From: Myxococcales bacterium | GTDB taxonomy: Bacteria; Myxococcota_A; Polyangia; Palsa-1104; JAEUJZ01 | Reading direction: 5' to 3' | Assembly (NCBI GenBank): GCA_016794465.1 | Contig: JAEUKA010000043.1 | Coordinates: forward strand, 47,821-111,820 | DNA length: 64,000 bases | In this document: in pieces, positions 11,094-18,920 of the stretch | How the letters are laid out: the number at the start of each line of letters is the position of its first letter | Position numbering within the stretch: position 1 is the stretch's first letter | The notes under the pieces: model-generated | What the model saw: only the letters and a program-made list of their open reading frames with translations | What the model was told of the DNA's origin: nothing | Database searches by the model: none | Position numbers and translations under genes: made by a program

Positions 11094-12095
11094 CTAGCGA
11101 CTGCTGTGTGCGAGCCAGCGAGCGGCGTCTTTGGCGTGATAGGTCAGGATGATGCCGGCACCGGCGCGACGGATGGAGGTCAGGACCTCGAGCACCGCTT
11201 GTTCCTCACCGACCAGGCCTTTTTCGACGGCGGCTTTGAGCATCGCGTATTCGCCCGAGACGTTGTACGCGGCGAGCGGCAGATCGCACTCCTCGTGAAG
11301 TCGCGCAATCACATCCAGATAGGCGAGCGCCGGCTTGACCATCAGCACATCCGCACCTTCGTCTTGGTCAAGGGCTGCTTCGCGGATCGCTTCGTCGCTG
11401 TTGGCCGGGTCCATCTGGTAACTCTTGCGGTGGCCGAAGCCCGACGCGGTGCCGGCGGCCTGGCGAAACGGACCGTAAAAGCAGCTCGCGTACTTGGCTG
11501 AGTACGCCATGATGCCGACGTGAGAATAGCCGGCCTCGTCGAGCGCTTCGCGACTGGCGGTGACAAAGCCATCCATCATCCCCGACGGAGCGACCAAATC
11601 CGCGCCGGCCTTGGCCTGCGACACCACCACCCGTCCCAGGTTTTCCAGCGTGGCGTCGTTGTCGACATCGGGCCAGCCCGCCTCGGGCATCACCACGCCG
11701 CAGTGTCCATGCGAGGTGTACTCGTCGAAGCAAGAGTCGAGGATGACCACCAGCTCGGGACAGGCCCGCTTGATGGCGCGACAGGCCTGCTGCACCAGTC
11801 CGTCGTTGTGCCAGGCGTCGCTGCCGACTCGATCCTTCTTCGCGTCGTCGGGCACGCCAAACAGAATCACCGCCGGAATGCCCAGGTCCAGACACTCCTT
11901 GGCTTCGATCACCGCCTGATCCACCGACACCTGCGACTGCCCCGGCATCGTCGAGATGGGCCGACGGACCTCGCGACCCGGACAAATAAACAGCGGATAG
12001 ACCAAGTTGTCGACGGAAAGGCGAGTCTCGCGAATCATCCGGCGCAGGCCCTCACTGCGTCGCATCCGACGGGGCCGATACTCGGGAAACTGCAT
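11094..12095 (-). CDS. hemB: porphobilinogen synthase (delta-aminolevulinate dehydratase)
   Basis: canonical HemB N-terminus (RPRRMRRSEGLRRMIRETRLSVDNLVYPLFI) and active-site regions conserved throughout. Confidence 0.95.
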   Translation of the reverse strand: MQFPEYRPRRMRRSEGLRRMIRETRLSVDNLVYPLFICPGREVRRPISTMPGQSQVSVDQAVIEAKECLDLGIPAVILFGVPDDAKKDRVGSDAWHNDGLVQQACRAIKRACPELVVILDSCFDEYTSHGHCGVVMPEAGWPDVDNDATLENLGRVVVSQAKAGADLVAPSGMMDGFVTASREALDEAGYSHVGIMAYSAKYASCFYGPFRQAAGTASGFGHRKSYQMDPANSDEAIREAALDQDEGADVLMVKPALAYLDVIARLHEECDLPLAAYNVSGEYAMLKAAVEKGLVGEEQAVLEVLTSIRRAGAGIILTYHAKDAARWLAHSSR

Positions 12096-12107
12096 CTGCG
12101 CTTGCTC

Positions 12108-12740
12108 CTACAGGTTCGGTCGAAGGGGGTCGGCCACAAGCGGCTTGCGAACGACCGCAATAAAGCCCAGCCCGTCGAGCGTCTCGTCGACACGCTCGCA
12201 GACAAAGCCATGTTTCTGAAGTAGATCCAACAATTCGGTCCGCTCGAACTGACCAAAGCCCGTCGAGACAACCCGCCACAGCAGCATCGACAGCCGAAAC
12301 TGAAACGGACCCTTCATCTTCGGCACGACGGTGACCGAGCCGAGGCGGTTGGGCTCGAGCATCACGTAGTGACCACCGGGCCGTAGCACTCGATACATCT
12401 CGCGCAGCCCAGCATCCCGATCCGCGAGCAGATACAGGAAGCTGTGGTGGGTCAGCACATCGAAGCTATCTGAGGCAAACGGCAGGTGGGTGACATCGCC
12501 ATGAATGAGCGGAAAGTGGCAGCCCGCCAGCGCCAGATAGCGCCGCGCATGCCGCAGCATCTCAGCCGAAAAGTCGAGTCCGACGAGCCACGCATCGGGT
12601 CGCCGCTCCAAAATGCCAATGCCCGAGACGCCCGGACCGATGCCCAGATCCAGCACCGAGAGACGACGACCGGGCTCAGGCGGCGGAAAGTGATCGGCGA
12701 GATCCCCGCAGTGCCGTCGCCACACCTCGTGCCAGGTCAT
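12108..12740 (-). CDS. class I SAM-dependent methyltransferase
   Basis: motif I LDLGIGPGVSG; RPGGHYVMLEP; 12 nt downstream of hemB on the same strand. Confidence 0.8.
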   Translation of the reverse strand: MTWHEVWRRHCGDLADHFPPPEPGRRLSVLDLGIGPGVSGIGILERRPDAWLVGLDFSAEMLRHARRYLALAGCHFPLIHGDVTHLPFASDSFDVLTHHSFLYLLADRDAGLREMYRVLRPGGHYVMLEPNRLGSVTVVPKMKGPFQFRLSMLLWRVVSTGFGQFERTELLDLLQKHGFVCERVDETLDGLGFIAVVRKPLVADPLRPNL

Positions 12741-12811
12741 CCACGCATAGAAGCGCGCACCGACGGTAAACGCCAGCAGACTGCACAGGTGGCGAAGCTT
12801 TTGATAGAGGC

Positions 12812-13273
12812 TCAGGCGGCCACCTTTGCGGTGTGCTTTTCGATCAGCCGCGCGATGCCGGGAACGGCTTCCTCGACATGCTTTCTCGCCGTCGGACGCA
12901 GCTTTTCGTAGGTCTTTTTGAGGGTCTGGTTCTGCGCCTTCTGCGCTCGCTGGTCGGTAATCCCAAGCAGGGACTCGGCAATCGCACCGCTGTTTTCCCC
13001 AAAGTGACTCGGCAGCGAGCGACCGGCCGCTTGGCGATGCGACTGATAAAACGGGTCGAGCCGCGTCGCAAAGTCATCCAGCATGTGATCAACGGCCTCG
13101 GCCAGAAAGCCCGGCTTGACCGCCTTGACGATCGCAAACGCGCCCTTGATGGCCAGCCCGGACAGACCGCCCTTTTTGGATACCTCTTCCTCGATGAGCA
13201 GCACGCAGTCGGCAATCACGGTCTTGCGACGGGACGGCTCGGTCAAGATGGTGGGTAGGGTGGATGTAGACAC
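12812..13273 (-). CDS. hypothetical protein
   Basis: GTG start at 13273 preceded by a GAGGAG RBS; the ORF upstream of that is Arg-rich GC-frame noise. Confidence 0.5.
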   Translation of the reverse strand: MSTSTLPTILTEPSRRKTVIADCVLLIEEEVSKKGGLSGLAIKGAFAIVKAVKPGFLAEAVDHMLDDFATRLDPFYQSHRQAAGRSLPSHFGENSGAIAESLLGITDQRAQKAQNQTLKKTYEKLRPTARKHVEEAVPGIARLIEKHTAKVAA

Positions 13274-13610
13274 GTAGGTTCTCCTCGAAAAGAAGCGAGG
13301 CCGGACCGCAGCCCGACCCGAAGGCGGCAGTGTTACCGCGCCGGCCCAGCGAGTGCAAGTGCGACCACACCGAAGAGCGGCGCCGACTCGTGCTCGGCAA
13401 GATCTGCGCGACACACTACGCAGCCTGCTCAGACACGCTGAGGCTGCGCACCATGGGTGAACTCAGTCCCACAAATTTCGTCAGTCATCGACGCTCAGTC
13501 AGGTCTGGCGCAGCAGTTGCAATCACAATTTGCCGCACCACTGGGGCCCGTCACGTTACCTTGTGAGAGGCGCCTCAGGTGATTCACCAGCTGCACCGTA
13601 CCAACCAATT

Positions 13611-13625
13611 TTGGATTTAATCCAA
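13611..13625. promoter_or_regulatory. AT-rich perfect 15-bp palindrome TTGGATTTAATCCAA immediately upstream of the RBS of the small secreted-peptide ORF
   Basis: seen directly, 17 nt before the ATG at 13643. Confidence 0.4.
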
Positions 13626-13642
13626 AGGAAAGGTTTCATCCC

Positions 13643-13792
13643 ATGAAGACCACGTTTGCATTCGCTCTGCTCGCTTCGTTTGCCTTCTCTGTGCTCGCGG
13701 CCCCGGCATTCGCCAAGACCGCCACCCAGATCAAGTACGAGAACAAGGCCAAGGTCTACAAGGCCCAGCAGGCCGCCAAGAAGGGCCGCTAG
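13643..13792 (+). CDS. small secreted Lys-rich protein (49 aa; not in the ORF track because it is under 60 aa)
   Basis: ATG 8-12 nt after a AAAGGAAAGG RBS-like stretch; signal peptide MKTTFAFALLASFAFSVLAAPAFA followed by KTATQIKYENKAKVYKAQQAAKKGR; stop TAG. Confidence 0.5.
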   Translation: MKTTFAFALLASFAFSVLAAPAFAKTATQIKYENKAKVYKAQQAAKKGR

Positions 13793-13894
13793 ACCGCCTG
13801 CCGAAGCCGCCCTGCCCGCCGTGCCCGCGAATCCACCGTCGCGTAGTGAGCACGAAAATTTGGGCTTTGGACGGCTTTGGCTAAAGTGGTCGAT

Positions 13895-14257
13895 ATGAAG
13901 ACTCTTCTGCTCATTGCCTTTACCACCATCACCGCACTCGGCAGCGGCTGTCGGAAGTCCGAACCTCCTCCCGCTGCGGCCAGTGGCCCTCGTCACATCG
14001 ACATCACCGTCAGCAATCAAGGCTTCACGCCCCCGCGCATCGTCGGTCGTCCCGGCGAGGATCTGACGCTCAGCTTCCGCTACGAAAAGAGTGCCGGCGA
14101 GTGTGGCCGCGAGGTCGTTCTTCCGTCGCAGAACATCAAAAAGACGCTCACCGAGGACCAGCCGACAGAGATTGCCCTTCACCTTCCGCAGGAAAAGGGC
14201 GAGGTCACATTTACGTGTGGGATGAACATGCTACGCGGCGCGATTGTCGTCGAGTAG
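13895..14257 (+). CDS. cupredoxin-like domain lipoprotein
   Basis: lipobox ITALGSGC; C-terminal cupredoxin-like strand pattern FTCGMNMLRGAIVV; no obvious copper-ligand His, so it may be a non-blue/pseudo-cupredoxin. Confidence 0.55.
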   Translation: MKTLLLIAFTTITALGSGCRKSEPPPAAASGPRHIDITVSNQGFTPPRIVGRPGEDLTLSFRYEKSAGECGREVVLPSQNIKKTLTEDQPTEIALHLPQEKGEVTFTCGMNMLRGAIVVE

Positions 14258-14265
14258 CGAAGGAA

Positions 14266-14287
14266 GAGCCCCGCCTAGTCCGGGGCT
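14266..14287. terminator. bidirectional stem-loop between convergent genes
   Basis: GCCCCG-cctagtc-CGGGGC followed by TTT; on the other strand it lies just after the M36 stop. Confidence 0.45.
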
Positions 14288-14299
14288 TTGGGCGGGCGG

Positions 14300-17200
14300 T
14301 TACGACTTGCGGCGACGGCGGCCAAGCAGCAGCAGCGCCGAGGTAAGCAGGCCAGACCACAGCGTGGGCGTCGTCGATCCACCAACCTGGCAGCCCGTGG
14401 CCGTTCCTTCCATCGACGAGTCACCCGCCTTCACCACCTCGATGGCAACCGTGCCTTCCCGCGTCTCTGCTCCGACCCGCGCCACGTACTTGAGGTGAAT
14501 CACCGTCGGCTCACTTGGCGCTTTGAAGGTCACGTTGGCGGTATCGGCCGCACCAAGCTGCACCGGCGTGCCATCGACCTGGGTCCACGTCCACGACAGC
14601 GTCCCCGGCGCGTTGGCAACCAGCGGATCGAGACGGACATCGAAGCCCACCGGAATGCTCTTGAGGTCCGCTAGCGTGATGGTGAACATCGGCTTGGCCT
14701 TGCAGACGGCGGTGGCGCTATGCACCACCTGCGACTGGAACGGCGTAGAGCTAGCACCAGCGACGGTAACTTCGTCGATATCCCAGCCGTAGTCACCGCT
14801 AAAGTCGTCGGTGCCCAGTCGGAAGCGCAGGTTTACCTTCTTGCCCGCCAGTGCCGTGCCAAAGTTGAAGCTGCTCGTCACCCAGCTGCCGGTGGCAAAG
14901 CCCTGGCTCGCGCTGACGAACGACTGCCGACCCTTGAGCGGGTTGCTGCCCATCGCGTACAGCGTCCCGCCGTAGCCGCCCGTGATCGTGACGCCAACCA
15001 CATCCTTGACATCGGTCCAGGTCTTGCCATCGAGGCTGTACTCGACCACGCCACCGTCGTAGTAGTCCGGCGGGGTCACCGAGGTGTCCGTCTCGAAGCT
15101 GTGGCGATGCTTAAACGACACCGAGAAGTTCCCGGTTCCGACATCAATCGACGGCGAGGTCAGGTAGTGATCCGACGGAGACGCGGTGTCAGGACCATAG
15201 AAGTAGCCCACCGACGGGCTCATGATGTGCTGCCACGGCTCGCCCGTCGTCAGGTTCGGATCATCGCTGACCTTCCAGTTGCTGGGTCGACCGCTAAACT
15301 TCTCGGTGTTGGTCGATGCCGCCTTGAGGTCGTAGTTGCCGACATCGATATGGCTGCTCTGCACCGGGTCGGTCTGGGCCAAGTTGTCGCCTTTGGCCTC
15401 GACATCCAGCTGGTATGGGACGATGCCGGTGGCGCCAGCCATGCTGACCTGGACCTGAATCACCTTCGCCTCGAACGGCTCTAGTGCCGGAAGGTTGATG
15501 GTCTTGGTGGAGCTGCCCTCGACTTTGAGGGCACTGCCGGCCGGCGTGCTGACCGTGAGCGTGCCGTTCTGTAAGACCTTGCTGCCGCCGTTGCGAACCG
15601 TGACGCTGAAGAGTCCCGTCTCACCATTGTCGAGGATCCCATCGCTGTCGCAATACACCAAGGACTGGTCGAGCGCCATCTTGTCGATGAACAGCGCCGC
15701 GCCGGTCTTGAAGTCCTCCGTGACGCCGGCATGATCCATCGATGCCGAGTCCGGGGCAACCGCGCCCGCGCCCATGCCACGCTTGGCAAACCCGTCGACA
15801 CACAGGTCGTAGTCCTTGCGATCGCTGGAGAACATCGAAAACAGCAGCGCGTCTCGGGCTTCCAGGAACGTCGGCGCCGACGGCGTCAGCTTCATCCCCG
15901 ACACCAAGTAGCGCCGCATCCGCTCCTGGGCTTGCTGGAACGTCAGTCGATTGCTGTCCTTGAGCAGCGCCGCGTAGCACTCCCACAGTGCAGCGGTCCA
16001 GACCTCGCCCGAGTTGTGAACCTCGGCGTTGTCGACGCCACTGGCACCGAACGCAGGCTTGGGAGTCGCCGGCAGCGGTACGCCGTTTTCAATGTGCTTA
16101 AAGGTCAGCGGATTTTTGGCCAGGTCCGTCGAGTACGGATAGCGGCGGATGCCCTCATAAAACGCGTTGGTGCCCTGCGCAAACACCGAGGGCGCACCGG
16201 TCGGATAGGCCCCGTTCCAGGTGGTGTTGGTGCTGACCGAGCTGTCCTCGGGGCGAACGATCATCAGCATCGCCACAAAGTCGCTCCAGCCTTCGCCCAT
16301 GCTGCGGCCCTGGATGTTGCTTAGGCCGGCCCCGTTGCCAATCAAGCGGTTCGAGAGGATGTGGCCCCACTCATGCGAGACAATCGTGCCATCGAGTGAG
16401 CCGTCCCGCTCGACGGAAGTTCGAGTCATCGTGACCGAGACAGAGCCCGCCGCCGCCCCTCGAATCTTGGCGCCATCTTCGAGGCTGATGCCCTGCGTCG
16501 GAATGGTGATGGTCGCATCCGTTCCACCAATGCCTGGAGGTCCCGCCCCCGCAGCATTGTTAGCAATGATCACACCGACGGCACCAGCGTTCTGCGCGTT
16601 CTTCGACTTGATGACGAAGCTGCAGGTGCCACGATCGATGAGCGCGATCTTGCCGGCCACAGCGGCAGCATTGGTGACCGCGTCGCAGCCATCGGTGGTC
16701 GATCCGCCCGCCCCCGGCGCATCGGCTAGCGGCACCACCGTATTGGTCAGGTTGTAGGTAGTGGCGCCAAACGACGCACCGCCGGCATCGAGCTTTCCGG
16801 CCAGCCCAGCGGGCGCGTTGACTGTCAGACCTAAGAAGGAGGCGTCCCACAGATACATCTGGATGCGCGGCATTCCACCGTCGGCAGGAGTGCTGGCATT
16901 GGCGTTGTTGCGACCGCCGTTGTCCTGGGCTTCTAGGCGGATGGCGTCACCCTCGACACCACCGCGTCCGTAGTTTACCTTCTGCGGATTCTGCGCCGAC
17001 TCGGTCCAGCCCGCGTCGTAGTACGTATCGTGCAGGTAGTTGATGACGTAAAACAGGTTGGTCGCGACGGTAAGCTTGGCCGTGTCGTTGGCCGATGGCT
17101 TGGTCGTGGAAGGGTCAAATGAACGATCAAACGTCGTGCCCGCCGTCGGCTTGACCAGCAAATCCCCGGCAGTGTACCCATCGGGGGCAGTCTGATCGAC

Positions 17201-18223
17201 GTAGGCCCAGCCGTTGTTGCCGGACAGCTCGGTCGCGCCCTCGGGCAGCCACGGATCATTGCGACGGAACGGCACATTCTCGAGCGTCACCAGCGTTCCC
17301 GGCTGGAAAGTCGGCGCACTTCCATCGGGAGCAGCCTTCGGATACGGCGAGTAGGCGTTGCCTTGCGCTCCATCCCACGGCACATAGCCCGGCGCTCCAT
17401 CGGCATAGACGCGGTAGGTGTAGGCTGCGTCCTCGCTCAGGTTCTTCTCGAACAGGATCTTGCCGTCGACCGCCGACACCACGAACGACCGGGCATAGCT
17501 GTTGGTCGAGTCCTCGGGCGCGACATCCAGCTCGATGTAGTAGCCCGGCAGCAGCCCATTGTCCGTCGGGAAATAGACCCGTCGGCTGCGCGAGCTGACG
17601 GTCGCCTTGGCCCCGCTGTCGCTCAGCTGCGCGACGAGCTGCCGCTTGCTGTAGCCCCCCGGTGCCGCCACCGCCGCGCTCATCGACTGCGCCGAGCCAC
17701 GGTTGCCTGACATCACCCGCAGCGCCGACTCGACCGCCACCGACTCATCGAGCTGGAAGCGATCCGAGACTTTGCGCAGCTGCGTCGCCAGTCGACCGCT
17801 CGCCAGCTTCGGCTGCATGTTGCGGTCCATGGCAATGTTGACGCTGCGCAGGAACACCGGCAGGCCGTCGACCTCTTGCTCAAAGCGGGCCAGCAGCGGT
17901 CCGTTGCCAGCGTCGTGGATCTCGCGCAGCTTGGCCGACGCAATCGCCGAGTCGCTGAGCTTGTGACCCTCTTTGAGGCCGCGCAGGGTCGCCCAGGCAA
18001 CCTCGTCCACCGACGACGCCACCACCGGCTGCTGCGGCGCCACCACCGACATCGTTGGGGCGCTTGGCCGACCGTGCAGCACCTGCACCCGCATCGGCAT
18101 GGCTGGCTGCGGCTGTGCCAGCGGTACCTCGGGAGTCTCCACGCTCGGCGTCCCGCATGCCCCAAGCAAACCACAGACTGTACCCAAGAAGATTCGCGAT
18201 CCGACCCGCTTTTTCGCCATCAT
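14300..18223 (-). CDS. secreted M36 (fungalysin-family) zinc metalloprotease with PA domain, C-terminal beta-rich domains and a MYXO-CTERM-like sorting tail
   Basis: HEWGHILSNRL zincin motif; PA-domain signature (CDAVTNAAAVAGKIALIDRGTCSFVIKSKNAQNAGAVGVIIANN); signal peptide/lipobox LLGACG after MMAKKR; C-terminus CQVGG...LLLLGRRRRKS. Confidence 0.85.
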   Translation of the reverse strand: MMAKKRVGSRIFLGTVCGLLGACGTPSVETPEVPLAQPQPAMPMRVQVLHGRPSAPTMSVVAPQQPVVASSVDEVAWATLRGLKEGHKLSDSAIASAKLREIHDAGNGPLLARFEQEVDGLPVFLRSVNIAMDRNMQPKLASGRLATQLRKVSDRFQLDESVAVESALRVMSGNRGSAQSMSAAVAAPGGYSKRQLVAQLSDSGAKATVSSRSRRVYFPTDNGLLPGYYIELDVAPEDSTNSYARSFVVSAVDGKILFEKNLSEDAAYTYRVYADGAPGYVPWDGAQGNAYSPYPKAAPDGSAPTFQPGTLVTLENVPFRRNDPWLPEGATELSGNNGWAYVDQTAPDGYTAGDLLVKPTAGTTFDRSFDPSTTKPSANDTAKLTVATNLFYVINYLHDTYYDAGWTESAQNPQKVNYGRGGVEGDAIRLEAQDNGGRNNANASTPADGGMPRIQMYLWDASFLGLTVNAPAGLAGKLDAGGASFGATTYNLTNTVVPLADAPGAGGSTTDGCDAVTNAAAVAGKIALIDRGTCSFVIKSKNAQNAGAVGVIIANNAAGAGPPGIGGTDATITIPTQGISLEDGAKIRGAAAGSVSVTMTRTSVERDGSLDGTIVSHEWGHILSNRLIGNGAGLSNIQGRSMGEGWSDFVAMLMIVRPEDSSVSTNTTWNGAYPTGAPSVFAQGTNAFYEGIRRYPYSTDLAKNPLTFKHIENGVPLPATPKPAFGASGVDNAEVHNSGEVWTAALWECYAALLKDSNRLTFQQAQERMRRYLVSGMKLTPSAPTFLEARDALLFSMFSSDRKDYDLCVDGFAKRGMGAGAVAPDSASMDHAGVTEDFKTGAALFIDKMALDQSLVYCDSDGILDNGETGLFSVTVRNGGSKVLQNGTLTVSTPAGSALKVEGSSTKTINLPALEPFEAKVIQVQVSMAGATGIVPYQLDVEAKGDNLAQTDPVQSSHIDVGNYDLKAASTNTEKFSGRPSNWKVSDDPNLTTGEPWQHIMSPSVGYFYGPDTASPSDHYLTSPSIDVGTGNFSVSFKHRHSFETDTSVTPPDYYDGGVVEYSLDGKTWTDVKDVVGVTITGGYGGTLYAMGSNPLKGRQSFVSASQGFATGSWVTSSFNFGTALAGKKVNLRFRLGTDDFSGDYGWDIDEVTVAGASSTPFQSQVVHSATAVCKAKPMFTITLADLKSIPVGFDVRLDPLVANAPGTLSWTWTQVDGTPVQLGAADTANVTFKAPSEPTVIHLKYVARVGAETREGTVAIEVVKAGDSSMEGTATGCQVGGSTTPTLWSGLLTSALLLLGRRRRKS

Positions 18224-18524
18224 CTGTTCCTTACCAAGTGGTTTTAGGTAGTTAGGCTCCCCATCCTGCGGCAGCTTGCTGACCATGACCCTGCAGAAGG
18301 ATGCCACCACACGGTGGCTTGATTGCACATATCGTAGCCCAAGCTTTTTTCACTTTGCGCAATTTTATTCACAATTTTTTCACCAAAAAAGTGGCCTCCG
18401 CAGAAGGGCAGCGGATCGTCGAGCAAACCCGCCGAGATAGGGCCGCGCAGCTCCTTACGCGAGAATCGAAAATTGTTGGCTTCATTTGTGCCTTTTGGTG
18501 ACTTCAGCAGTGCCTGGTAAATAG

Positions 18525-18570
18525 GCACGCTACAGGCACGCTACAGGCACGCTACAGGCACGCTCACAGT
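18525..18570. repeat. 11-bp microsatellite (GGCACGCTACA x3 plus one degenerate copy)
   Basis: seen directly in an AT-rich intergenic region, ~300 bp upstream of the M36 protease start and ~350 bp upstream of the TPR lipoprotein gene. Confidence 0.85.
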
Positions 18571-18920
18571 GGGTCCACGCCACATACGCACCGACCTGCG
18601 ACCACACAGCCGCACACGCATCACCTGGCCGATGCCGAGTACGCGCTGGCAGAGGCTGCGGGAGCTACGGGGCCATGCCAGCTCTTCGGCTGCGTGCAGG
18701 TCCGGAGGAGAGCCTGGTCCCAGCCCAATATGATGCGCGTAAAATACCTCTTATTGCGCAGCGTTGTTCGATTCCTTCCAGTCATCTCGCTGGCGGTTGC
18801 GCATCCGGTGCTCGCTGAAAGTGAAGCAGAGCCCGAACGCGCAGCAGTGCCCCAACCGGCGGAGGCAGAGCGTTATTTGGGTTTCCCGAGAAGGAGCGTA
18901 GTAGACTGGCAAAAGTTTGC

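Noticed and set aside
13556-14182. 208-aa minus-strand ORF overlapping the cupredoxin-like gene and the small-peptide locus
   Set aside because: It is Gly/Arg/Ala-rich GC-frame noise. The opposite strand has a lipoprotein signal plus a folded-domain pattern and a separately supported small ORF.
18244-18528. Small ORFs (94 aa minus, 66 aa plus) inside the AT-rich gap
   Set aside because: Codon usage is strongly atypical (low GC3) for this genome, there are no RBSs, and they overlap each other. They are more likely non-coding regulatory DNA.
18525-18570. Sigma-54 promoter suggested by the repeated GGCACG
   Set aside because: GGCACG matches the -24 element, but no TTGC(A/T) -12 element follows at the required 4-5 nt spacing in any copy.
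18750-18775. tRNA-like T-loop motif GTTCGATTCC
   Set aside because: The flanking bases cannot form a T-stem or an acceptor stem, so there is no cloverleaf.
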